A stretch of DNA of 64,000 nt from Blasia pusilla. Its lineage: Eukaryota. The stretch is from positions 36,022,001 to 36,086,000 of the forward strand of contig CM114271.1 in assembly GCA_050084515.1 (NCBI GenBank), given 5' to 3'. Both the position numbers and the translations under genes were made by a program. Shown here one piece after another: positions 34,039 to 46,500 of this stretch. The notes beneath the pieces were generated by a model that worked only from the letters and a program-made list of their open reading frames with translations, did no database searches and had not been told where the DNA came from. How positions within the stretch are numbered: position 1 is the stretch's first letter; every line of letters begins with the position of its first letter.

Positions 34039-37000
34039 TATTGAAGATTGAGTTACAATCAAACTCATGAAATACATGAAGTGCTATATTTGGTACTCAC
34101 ACAAAGTAGGGAAGCTTAATCTTGGTTAGTCAGTTAAGCGCGATTATCTTAACTAGGGTTAGTTAATCACAGTTCGTCTAACTCAAGACTATGGTTAAGG
34201 TTAGGATTAGGGTTGTTTGTACATACCCTATATAATTAAGAAGGAGACCAGCCTCCACTCATTCTCTCATTGGAAATTTTGTTCTCCATGGTGGTGTGAG
34301 AGCCGCTTCCCACCAATTATGCTTCTCTAGTAGTTTTCCACGTGGTATCAGAGCGATTGGAGAACATCACTTGAAATTCTTCATGTTTGAGGAAAGAAGA
34401 GAGGCAAGAGAAGACACAGTTTCAGTTTGGGAGAAAGAAATTTTGTTCAGAGCTCAGTGGATGCAGATTTCAGGTGGAGCTTTGACAGTGATAAAACTTT
34501 GGAGGCATTTTTTAGGGCTTTTCCGATCAATTAAGCCATCTAGGTCCGCAGCAGCTAGAACTATGCCAAAGGCTAGTTCTAGCCTCCTTGAAGAGCTCGT
34601 TGAGAGCTTTCCAAGGCATCCAAAATTGCTCAATTTTGACATTCTGAGCTCTGTAGTAGCAATTTCAGTGTAGGAAAGTGCAATTAGTGAAGAAAAGTTG
34701 TGCACTTTGCTCTTTACAAGCCAACTCCGACTAGTTCTTTCAAATAGTTGATCAATTTTGACAAATTTCAAGTTGATTACTGTGTAGGAGTGGTCTATGC
34801 TTCAATTGGAGTAATGGAGAGCCTGAAATTATATTTTAATGAGTGAAATAGTTTGTCATGGAGTATTCCTCAAGAGCAATCACAAGCGAGAAATTAGATA
34901 AACCGAGTTACAATGTCTGGAAGTTTCGCATGAAACAATTTCTCATGGATCAAGAACTATGGGAACTTGTTACAAGTGATGAGGCCAAGCCAGAAGGTGA
35001 CTCAACAGACTTGAATGTTCGCGCCTGGAACAAACGCGCAAGGCAAGTAATCCACTACATTTCAATAACGATTTGTTTGCCAATGATAGGTCATATTCAA
35101 GATGTTGATACTCCGAAGGAGACTTGGGATGCATTAGAAAAGCTCTTCCAAACATCTACAAAGGCCAAAAAGATTCAATTGAAACAACAATTGAACGAAG
35201 TGAGGAAAGGATTGTAGAGCATCAATGATTATATTTTGAGTATCAGACATATTTTTGATCAGTTAAATAGCATTGGAGTGACAATAGAAGATGATGATCT
35301 GATTTTGTTCACTCTTCAAGGCCTTCCAAAGGATTAGAAGTCCTTTGAGACTCTATCTCTATGAGAGAGAAGTATCCAACCTTTCAAGAGTTAGTCCCAC
35401 TATTAATCAGTGAAGAGATGCGTCGGGGGCTGGTATTCTGGCAGGAGAGAGGGAGAGAGGAGAGGAAGAGAGGAAGAGAGGAAGAGAGGAGAGTCTCTCT
35501 TAAAAAAAATGCACAAAAGTGAAAAAAAACTGAAACTCTCTTCAAAAAATATAAATAATAAGTGATTAAATTTTTTGAAGATTTTTTTTAAGAGAGGAAA
35601 CTTAGTGCAACCCGTCGCAATCCGATGGGTTGCAATTTTTGGTTTTTCCTTCTTTTTTTTGGTTAAGGAAAATTTTCATTTTTTTGTGTTTTTTTAACAT
35701 TTGCAACCCGTCAGACTCCGAGGGGTTGCAAGCGTTAAAAAAAACCAAAAAATGAAATTTTTTCCTTAACCATTAAATAAAACCAAAAAAAGTTGCTACC
35801 CGTCGTGAAAAGGTAAAATAAATTAGTAAAAAAATTTCCTTTTTTTTTTTTTCATCACCAATTTTTATTGGAAAAAATTGCCTTTTCAACTTGTCAAAAC
35901 TTTCCTCTCTCCAATCTCTCGAAAACTCTCTTCAACCTCTCGGAAATTCTCTTCAAACCAAAAGAGCCCTAGGGGGCTGTCAATATCTTCCTCTCTCCTC
36001 TCTTCTCTCTCCTCTCTCCTCTCTTCCTCTCCTCTTACCACTCCTTGAGATGTGCCTAGTAGGCAGCGGTAGCTCGTCTAGTCTTCAAGAGAGTGCGCTA
36101 TTTGTAGGTTATGGATCAAAGAGAAGTAGGGGTCGTGGCAGAAGCTTCCGTGGTCGTGGTGGATATCAAGCATATGGAGGAAGAGGCACTCAATATAACG
36201 TCACTGAATCAACTACGAACCAATACCAGACACAATCACAAGGTGATGATGGTGGAAACCGTTGGGGTCGAGGTCAACAATAGAGGGTCCTTGGATCTTG
36301 CAATTACTGTGGCATAAAGGGTCACTATGCAAATTTTTCTTCAATAAGAAGGCAGATATGAGAATAAGAGCCTTACAGCGACAAAACTATGTGGAGCAAC
36401 AATACCAAGGGCAGTACCAAGAACAACAATATTCACAAACGGAGCATCTCTTGGTCATGACTCATCGTATGGGATCAATGGTCAAGAAAGATTTGACAGT
36501 AGATTGGTACATTGAATCTAGTGCATCAAATCAGTTTGGAGCCGGTGAAAGATCCTGCAATTGTGCTCACAAGAGATGACACTCAACATTATATCACGCA
36601 TACCGGTAAAGTTCCAATAGCATCAGATGATCTCTGTGCTCTTGGAAATGTTCTCTATGTTCCTACTATTGTAAGAAACTTAATCTCTGTAAGACTGATA
36701 GTAGAATAGAGCTATTAAGTGTAGTTTAACGTAGATGGTAGTTTCATTGAAATAATAGATGACAAGACTACGATAGCCAAAGGAACTAGATCTGGGAGAA
36801 TGTTCAAATTAGATGTTTCTATGCGAGAGATTCAAACAACAATGTATGGTCAAACCGGCCAACAAGTCACAGATCTAAATGTGTGGCATAAGAGAATTGG
36901 ACATATGAATCTTCAAAGATTACAAAGTCTTTCATCGTCTAATATAGTAATATGACTTCCTAAATTAACGAGGTCTACTACGTTAGAGGTATGTCCTGCT

Positions 37001-39676
37001 TGCCAATTTGGAAAACAAGCTAGATTTTCTTTTCCAAAGCACGGTAGAAGAGCATCCAAGATATTGGAGTTGATCCACAGTGATGTGTGATCAATATCAC
37101 AACATAGCCTTAGTGGTTGCCAATACTTTGTTTCATTTATTGATGACTTCCCTAGGTATATATGGGTATAGTTTCTGAAAGCCAACTCAGAGATATTTTC
37201 AGTGTTCCAAACATTCAAAGTTCAAGTTGATAAGCAAACTGGAGAACATATTCTCAAATTGCGTTGTGATGGAGCAGGAGAGTATCTTTCAACAGAGTGT
37301 GATGACTATTTACGTCAAAATGGCATCCACCGTCAAGTCACTTGCCGTTACACTCCACAACAAAATAGAGTGGCTGAGAGGAAGAATTGATATATTGCTG
37401 AAGCGACACGAGCTATGCTGAATGAGAAGAACATGCCTAAGGAGTATTGGGCAGAGGCTGTAGCAAGTGCAGTCTTTTTAATCAATTGAACTCCAATAGC
37501 AAGAGGTCATGATAAGACTCCATTCAAAGTCTTCACAGGAAGTAAACCTGATTTTTCCTTGAAAGTATTTGTTATGCTCATGTTCCTTTTGAAAGATGTC
37601 AAAAATTAGACCCCAAATCTGCAAGATGTCTATTCATTGGCTACGCTGATGAAACTAAGAGATATAAGTGCTACATTCCATCCTCTAAGTAGCTTATTAT
37701 TAGTTGCGATGTTGCCTTTGATGAGCTAAAGTCATGGTATGGTCCATCTGAGCCTATTCCGCCTCTAAACTTGTCTGTTGAGGGGAGGAATATGACTGTA
37801 AACCAACAGACATTCCCTTCAAATTCCCCAAGTACTAGTGTAGGATTAAGAGAGATCATTGATTTTTCAGTTAAATCTGTGAGTCCATGGACGGGAAGAG
37901 TACGTATTGAGTCTGTAGACACTAGTCAGAGCTCGAATGAAGTGTTAGAGGCATCTATCTCTGAACAACAACTTTGTAGATCAAGTATAGTTACACATCC
38001 TATTCATAGATTCATAAATGAAGATTTCCTTGCAACACACCATGCATATATGATGACTATCCTTCAAGAATAGGAGCTAAGTTTTTTTGAAGAAGTTGCA
38101 AGTAAAGTTGAATGGATTGAAGCTATGGAGGAAGAGTTTGCTGCATTAAGACATCAACAAACATGGGAGTTGGTTGATATACCTTCCGGTAAGGAAGCTA
38201 TTGGTTGCAATGGGTTTACAAAATCAAGCGCAATTAAGATAGTACAATAATTAACAAATACAAAGCGATATTAATGGCTAAGGGCTATGCACAACAATAT
38301 GGCTTTGATTATGAGGAAACATTTAGCCCTCTTGCAAAGATGGCAACTACGAGAATATTGGTCGTAGTTGCAGTAAGTAAGAAGTGGAGATTATATCACA
38401 TGGACATTAAGAATGCCTTCTTGAATGGAGATCCATACAAGGAGGTATATATGACTCAACCACTTGGATACGATCATCCCAAGTTTCCATTTCGCTTATG
38501 CAGGTTGAAGAAAGCTCTATACGGGCTCAAACAAGCTCCAAGAGTTTGGTATGGCAAGATTACATAACTCCTTTAAAAGTTGGATTTTAGGGTATGTGAT
38601 TGTGATTCTTCATTATATGTCTTGAGAGGACAAGATCATACGGTTATCATTGAGTTGTATGTTGACGATCTCTTGATTACTAGGAATACTGAAGAAATGG
38701 TACAACAAGTCAAGCTGAAATTACAAGCAAAATTTGATATAAAGGACTTGGGAGAACTCAAGTATTTCCTTGGTGTTGAATTTATCAAGGTTGGAGAGAG
38801 CATGTGGTTACTACAACACCAATATGCTCTTCATATGCTTTCAAAATATGATATGACGGCTTGTAAGCCAATCCCTACACCGTTGGACCAGAGTATGAAA
38901 CTAAGAGTGGATGAAGGAGAGTTGCTTGCAGATTCTAATATGTATAGGCGTATGGTTGGTTTATCTAATTATAACCATGTCAGATTTGAGCTAAGGTATT
39001 GGCCTAGTGAGCCAATTTATGCAAGCACTTCGGAAACCTCACCTTGAAGTGAGGATGATTATGTGATATGTGAAATTTTGTGTTAATTTGGGCTTCAATT
39101 TTTAACCTTCTCCAAGTTTTCAATTACAGGGATTCACAGATGTTGATTAGGCAGGAAGCGTGCTTAATCGACACTCCACATCTGGTTATTCATTTACTTT
39201 GGGAAGGGCAACTATAAGTTGGGCTTCAAAGAATTAACCTCCACTTGCTTTATCTTCAACAGAGGTTGAGTACAGAGGAGCAACCAATGTAGCATGTGAG
39301 GTGGTGTGGCTTCATTGATTACTTGTTGAGATTGGTGTTAGTAACTTAGGACCTAGTGCAATATATGCAGACAATATTAGTAGCATCAAGCTTGCTAATA
39401 ACCTTGTGTTTCATGTTGGTATAAAGTATGTTGAGGTGCACTATTATTTTATTAGAGAGAAAGTGCTTGCCGAAGAAATTGGTCTTGCGTATATAGGTAC
39501 AGATCAGAAAATTGCTGACATCTTTACAAAGGCATTATCTAGAGATAAGTTTGAGATGTTTAGAAATGATTTAGGCGTTAGAGATATCGATATGAGCTTG
39601 AGGGGGAGTATTGAAGATTGAATTATAGTCAAGTTCATGAAACACCTAAATTGCTACATTTGGTATTTACACAAAG
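34039..39676 (+). mobile_element. Ty1/copia retrotransposon copy 1, degenerate; 3' LTR cut by a Mutator-like insertion
   Basis: 5' LTR 34039-34342, PBS TGGTATCAGAGC (tRNA-iMet) 34343-34354, gag from 34858, IN (LELIHSDV, TPQQNRVAERKN), RT ([23 protein letters not shown]), RNase H (ADIFTKAL), PPT TTGAGGGGGAG 39598-39608, 3' LTR from 39609. Confidence 0.95.
35425..36046. mobile_element. Non-autonomous Mutator-like element (622 bp) inside copia gag
   Basis: Flanks GAGATGCGTC / GAGATGTGCC (~10-bp TSD, 2 mismatches); imperfect GA/CT-rich inverted ends; left end nearly identical to 39677; internal GCAACCCGTC..GGGTTGC palindromes; absent from copia copy 2. Confidence 0.8.
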
Positions 39677-42600
39677 GGGGGCCGGTATTCTAGCAGGAGA
39701 GAGGAAGAGATAAAAGGAAGAGAGGAAGAGAGGAGAGTCTCTCTTCAAAAAAAGGGCCAAATCCGCCTCCTCTCTTCAAAACTTTTTGACATATTTGAAA
39801 GTTTTGTTTGCTTTCAAATTCATGAAATCTTTAGAAGAGAGTAGGTAGTGGTCCACATTCGGGCCTAAAGAAACCTCCTTTTTCTAGGAGGCGAAAAACA
39901 AGTAGACATCATAAGATCACTACAAACATTTTTCCATCACTCTCCATGTGAGCCTAAGTTTCTTCACATTGCCTGTCTCAGTCTACAGTAAGCTGTGCCC
40001 AGGGGTATTTTTGTTGGAGGACCATTGGCAAATAATTTGACCAGAAGTAGCAATCTCATCTGAATGAAAGGTTCAAATAAATACCAACTTTGTGAAATGT
40101 GAACACAGGAGATGATAATTAAACCAAAAGATTGTTAGCTGTCTGGAGTAATGAGGAACTAATGTCCCTTCATTCAGATCCTAAATCTGATAAATCGAGA
40201 AGGTGCACCCCTCCCAACCCGTCGGAATTTAACAGGTTCCAACTCTTGCAACCCGTCGGAATTAGATGGGTTGCGCCCCTTGCAAGCAAGCTCACCATAA
40301 CAAAGGAAATATTTTGAGAAGTGATTCCATTCCACCCTGCACCCACGAAAATCCAACTGTTTGGGAATCCGATATGGCAATCCGACAGGTAGTAGGAATC
40401 TAGCACGTCTTAGAGAAGGAAAGAAGCCTACGACTGGTTTGACGAACAAGGGGAACGAGCCATAAGTGAAGAAGCCCGACACAATGCCTCACAATTTGGT
40501 CTCCCAGGGAAAGAGTTCGATCACTCAAGCAGCCAATTTGTCGAAATCCGATAGCTTGCCTGGAAATGGTTGAAAAGTTGGAATGATCAAAAAGTGAAAA
40601 GTTGCAACCCATCGGAATCAGAGGGGTTGCAAAATAAAAATTCCGAGTAGCTAGACAAACACAATCCACAAGTCCAAAAAAATATTCAGCCAACTTTTAC
40701 AAACACCATTATCATTTGAAAAAATCTCGTCCTTTATTACATCCGAAGGAACCTCGAAAATGTACATTTGATCTAGTCTACGATTTCTTCAACCTCGTCA
40801 TCTACAAATTTACTCCTAACTCTCCTAGGTTCCTGTACAAAAGGAATGTCCTAGGATACAAGTGGCTCCTCTGGCCGATTGTAGACGGAATGGAAAATGT
40901 TGGCGAATTGGAGAGACTTGCCCCCCCTAGATATGTCCACGACGAATCCCTTGATCAGTCGTCTTGCTGATGTTGAGATGGGTAGCTTGAATCGCCTTCA
41001 TGGGTAGCTCGAATCGTCTCGCGATCGTTCAGTCAAACCGTCTCGCTGTCGTTGGGTCGAACCGTCTCGCTCTCGTTCCCTCCTATCGACTCGCGATGTG
41101 TCGCCATGTGAAACGCCCCTCAGATTCATGACTGCAAGGAGAGTGAGGAATGAAGATCGCGAAATGAGAAACGGAAATGAGCGATTTCTGCCCTATTTAT
41201 ACTTTTCTAGCCGTTTTGTCCGTTGGGTCCCGCTGGAATTGCTCGACGGCGATGCCGGAGGTTCGGAAGTCCCGAGTCCACAGTTGCGCGCGCCTCCGCC
41301 ATCCTAGGTAATCGCCACGTTTGAGTCTCCGGAGACCGACGGGTTGAGCGCCTCCGTCATCTTCAGAAAAGAACGCAAGGTACCGGCGCAACCCATCGGA
41401 GACCGACATGTTGCGCGCCTCCGCCGTGTTTGGGACGGGAACAGGACGTACCCAGGCAATCCGTCGGAGACCGTTGGGTTGCACGCTTCCCTCGTCAAGG
41501 GTTAAGAACGCGGGCTTCCCGTGCAAGTCTTCGGAGTCTGGCTGGCTGCACACTTCATGTAAGCACCACAAGGTGAGGCCCTTGCGCAACCCGTTTGAGG
41601 GCGACGGGATGCACGCCTCGCCGTCTTTGGGCAAATAGGTGAGGCAACTGCGGAACTCATCGGGAACAGACGGTTTGCACGCCTCCGGCATCTTTGGGCA
41701 AGAAGGAGCGGTATCCGAGCAACTCGTCGGAGAGCGATGGGTTTCTCGCTTCGACAATGTTTGGCAGAAGCGTGCAACCCGTCCAAAGCCGACGGGTTGT
41801 AGGCTTCGGTTAGCTTCGGGTAATTTTTGAGTTACCAGGACTCTGACGGGTTCCAAGTGTGATTCGCAACCCTCTGCTTCCCAAATCCGGTAACATATTC
41901 AGAATGGAATGTGGTGGATCCATTGTGTCGAGACAATGTCACCCACCGAATTCATCTTGTCAGTAAAAATCTGTCATGAGTATCTGTTTTCCTATTCACT
42001 ATAAATTAAAAATTCTCATTCTCATTCTCATTCTCATTCTCAGTCTCCTCGTGTTGGAATCTTCTTGGAATGGATAATTATGTTAAGCTCACTTGTGGCA
42101 GTCATCTGGCGGCCCTTCCTCAATCAGAAATCATTCGACCCCAAGCTCGTGAGTCTTTCATAGCAAGTGGATGAAAATTTTCTCCGTCTGCTCGATTTCT
42201 TCTCCAATTGGAACCATCTTTGTATCCAAAGATGTTAGGGTTATGGAAGACATAATAGGTGAGATGGTCCAGCTTGGAATGACCTCGGCACCGTAAAGTA
42301 TGGAATCTCCTACCTCTAGCAAATGGTCAATACAGAGTTTACGGCCTTCGAATTCGTCTGTTTCCCAAGTAGACGGTCTAGAATTTCCTAGTGCTCCGAG
42401 CTCACGTTTGCAACTCCAAGCTCTGCAGATCCGGCCGACTCCAACCGACGCCAGAACAATGTTGTTTTTCCTGAAGAGATTCCGCATGTTATCAACCTCG
42501 GTGGATCATCGGGCACCAATCGGGCCCCTCTGTCCGCCTACTCGTTCCTCTTGCGAGTATCGGCAATAGTTTGCTTTCGTCTGCCCTTGAAAATGTTCAA

Positions 42601-43539
42601 GCACATTCTTGTCGGCCAATGGTAATTGCATTTTTGAGTTGCCTCCACTTGCCGCTCGCTCAAAAGAAGGATGGAGGCGCTTTGAAGGGTATGTCGGAAA
42701 GTCTGATTGTCATCGATGGTGCAAGCTTCAACGGACTAGTGCTTCAATTCCAAATGGTCCTTGGATTGTCTCCCCGCCAATGCGTGGGAGCCTTGGAGTG
42801 TAGAAGTCCAGCATGCCCGTATCTAGAGCGCAACGGGCGAGTCAATACGTCTCAATTCCCTCCCAAGAATGCAGAAACTCCCACGAGGTCGGTGCCACCA
42901 TACGCGGGAGGCCATCGATGTCCTCTTTGTCGGGCATCGCCCTTCTACGTTGGAGCGTGTCCGCATACATATTTTTCATTGTCCACGACTTGGGCTCCAC
43001 GCCAAAGTATACAAGGCGGTAGTTCATGTTGGCTCCCACACTCATCCCGTGGACGATGCAATTCAAAGACACATCAAGGAGGAAAGAAAAGCCGATGAAA
43101 CTCTCGGGTTCAAAGCCGGAGTGATCAACTCTCACAACGGCATCACAAATTTGTGAACAATTTCTTGGAATCCTCGGGGCGAGATCACGGCGGTTGAGGA
43201 GAAACAACTGTGGGGGGTAAATCTCGCATTTCTCGCTGATCTGAATGCTTCCGTCTTCAAATACGAGTTTAGGATGGTTGCCAAAATGGATGCCATCGAG
43301 AATCAAGGCCAACTCACATTTCCATTCATTCAGAGATGTTCATGGGCCAAGGAGGCAAGGGATCCAGGACCTATGTCTTCAAAATGTCAACCAGAGTCGA
43401 GTGGCCTCGATCTTATAGATCGAATGAGGGAAGGGGAAGATCTTTACGGGAGCTGGGTAAGCTTTGATATTTGCTACAGAGTGCTGAACGGATGGTTGAC
43501 GATGGGTGCTCACATTTATGACCATGTGGAGAAGGGACT
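39677..43539 (+). mobile_element. Mutator-like element copy 1 (left end, palindromic array, GCM-like domain plus start of DDE transposase), cut by gypsy copy 2
   Basis: Begins GGGGGCCGGTATTCT inside the copia LTR; coding remnant ~42070-43539 has QCVGALECRSPACPYL, CPLC..GACP, VHVGSHTHP and WVSFDICYRVLNGWLTMGAHIYD. Confidence 0.75.
41320..41870. repeat. Degenerate tandem array of ~66-bp palindrome-containing units
   Basis: Repeated GCAACCC(G/A)TCGGAGACCGACGGGTTGCACGC core; homologous to 56826-57310. Confidence 0.85.
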
Positions 43540-46500
43540 TGTCACGTCTTTTAGGATAGATCGGTGGGATCTAATAGAGCGGCTTCATGAGTAGTGGAGG
43601 ACACGCCTAGTAGGTCGAGGGTGAGCAGCTGAGGCCCTTGGAAACCTGAGATAGCAGGTTTTCCCTTCGTTTCGACTCATTTGGAGCCATATTGAGGAAC
43701 TTACTATTTTAGGTAAGTACCATTTTGAGTATATGATCGACTTACTATTTTTGGTAAGTGGCCCTTGACCTCCTATATCAGGTCAAGAGCCAAGGAGGTG
43801 ACTTGGGAGAATAGGTTACCATGGAGAGAGCTTGGGAGAGGAGAGGGGTATACCTCAAGGAGAGAGAGCTTGAGAGCTCATTCTCTCTTTGTTGAACCTC
43901 TTGGAATGAGGCGGCGGAACTATGGTACCTTGCCTTGTGAGTGTTACCCAAGCCTCTCATTAGGAGAGTGGGTTTGGTTTGACATGAGAGAGAGTGCACA
44001 CCTTTGAGAGCTATGGTGTGAGATGGTGGAGAGAGAGATTGGATCTTACTTTACAAAGAGAGAATGAGAGAATGAGAGAGTGAGAGAGCTTCATGGGGGA
44101 GCTTGCTGGTCACTCGCTTTTTTTGCAGGTTGGGGACCGTGTTTCCCGTTCAGCGGCTCATGGGAGTGCTCACCGGAGCAAGGGCTGCTTTCATTACTCT
44201 TTGCATTTGCCAATTTGCCGATTTTTCGTGTGGAAGAGTGGCGCGCGGAAGCGCTGCCCAATTTCTGATAGGGATTGAGTATGGGGGCGGGTTGCCCCAT
44301 GCTGGTGCTCTCGGGAGCACCATGTAGCTTGCTGATTTGTAGTTTTACAGATCTTACATTTTAGTTAGGAGAAATCAGCGAGGAGTGCTGCCGAATTTTG
44401 TATAGGAGAAAGAGACATTGGGCTTTACGACAGTCCCCGTCAGTTTTTACTGAAATGTCCGATTCTAAATATTTTTTGATGGTAGCGTAGATCGTGGAGC
44501 TGTGCACGCTGTGCAACAAACAATGCACAATTTGGAGTTGCGAGCAAAAAGTTATGGGCAATCTTGTAAAGCTGCCATTGCTAGGCGATTTTTAGGGTTG
44601 AATCGTGCAAACCCTAAATCAGCTGCCACACCGGCGGCGGCCGTCGCCATCATAGTCACCGTCAACAGTCGACGGTCAATCATCACCGTCAACGGTCAAT
44701 CATCACCGTCAACGGTCAACCGTCACAATCAACGGTCAACCGTCACCGTCTTCGGTCGGCCGTCACCATCAGCAGTCAACCGTCACTGTCAAGGGTCCAC
44801 CGTCCATTGTCCACCCTTTGGGTGCCATTGCCGCCATTACGGAGTGGAGGGTCTTCCATGACGTTCGTTGATTCCTTGACTTGCGTCGCCACCACGTACT
44901 TTGTTTTGGCCGCCACCGTCATCGCAGTTTCTTCATCAACCTGTGAAGGCAGATGACCTCCGGTTATGGTGTTTGAGTTTTGATTTCATGCTGCTATGTT
45001 GTGATTAGTAGCCGCTCGACGACGATCGAGTATCGTGCCGTGACGCCCGTAGCCGCAACGCGCCGTGCCGCTCGTGGCCGCATCGCACCATTTCGATCAC
45101 GGAGCCGCACCGTCATTGTGGAGCAGAGTGTGGGATTATTATTGATTGAGGAGGGTATGCCGCCATCGAGGGCCACCATCGAGGGCCGTGCCGTTCGTAG
45201 CCGTTCCGTGCCGCATGCAACGCCAAGACCGTTCGGCGGGACCGCATCTTTGTCTATCGAGGAGTTTTGAGCAGCATCAGTACGGGAGGAGTATGACTTG
45301 CTGATTGGAGGAGTTGTCTCCACGATCGAGTTGGGGTCGAGATTTGCAGTTGCTGAGGAGCGACATCGACATGTGTTTAGGTTACCCATTCTGGTCCTTT
45401 ACCCCGCACGTGTGAGGGATTTAGGATTTATTTGGGGATATTGGGTGTGTGGATCTTTGAGAGCATCATTTATGTATGTGGTTTAGGGGACATAGACCTG
45501 TGTGGGATGTCCGGAGTTGAGGGTAGGTTATCGATGATATGATAGCCTGGTCGATTTGCCACACCACGCCGCGTGTTGCCGCACGTTACACGTCGCGGGG
45601 AGAGAGAGTGTAGATCGAGTGCCGCATGTTTGGGATGAGTGATTGAGGGATTCCTCACGAGGTTCGAGTGATCGGGTGAGAGGGGCACGAGGGTCATCAC
45701 GAGTCTGTTCGGGACTTTGAGAGGCGAGGTGGTGAACCCAGGAGTAGCTCTAGAGGTTTTACGCGGAGTGGCGCGAGGTTTCGAGGGTCTCCACGTGAGG
45801 GACCACCTCCACCTCCTTCTGTGTCATCGTCAGACGAGGGGGAGGGTGTAGAGGAGTTTGTGAGCACATCGCCACACATTGTGAGTGGTCCTACCGGTTG
45901 GGCGTCATTGAGATGGACGACCGGGGTAGAGGACCACGAGGTTTTCAGTGCGTGAGGAACGATTGAGTTGCACGATTTTTATAGCGAGTTTAGGAGTTGG
46001 TGCGACTCCCGGGCCAGGAACTCTAGAGAGTTCAACCCGTTCTGACATGGAACGGTATGTTCCAAAGATTTAGAGGGGGCGCCCATGGGCGATTACCATG
46101 AGTTCTCTCGAGAGATATGCATGTGAGATCGAGGCGTGGAGGCTCTACTATGACCCATATTATGTGTCTTGGACGGAGCCGTTCCCGAGATGAGGAGGAG
46201 GAGTCGGGAGAGGCTCGCCTCTTCCACTAGTGACGTTTTAGGAGGGGTCACCGCACGGGAGCGATTGCACCGTCTAGTCGGGTTCGCCCCGAGTTCAACT
46301 CGTGGTTGAGTTCTTTTTTGAGTTGAGGGCGAGCTACCAGGGGGTACGGACGGAGAAGTTGCGGAGCATCCACGACTTCCAGAGGCGCTCAGGTGAGAGT
46401 TTGTGTGAGGCTTACACTCGCTTGCGCCGGTTGATCAACGTCACTCAGGGGGTGACAGAGGCTCAGGCTATCCGGTCATGGTATGCGATCTTTGGATCGG

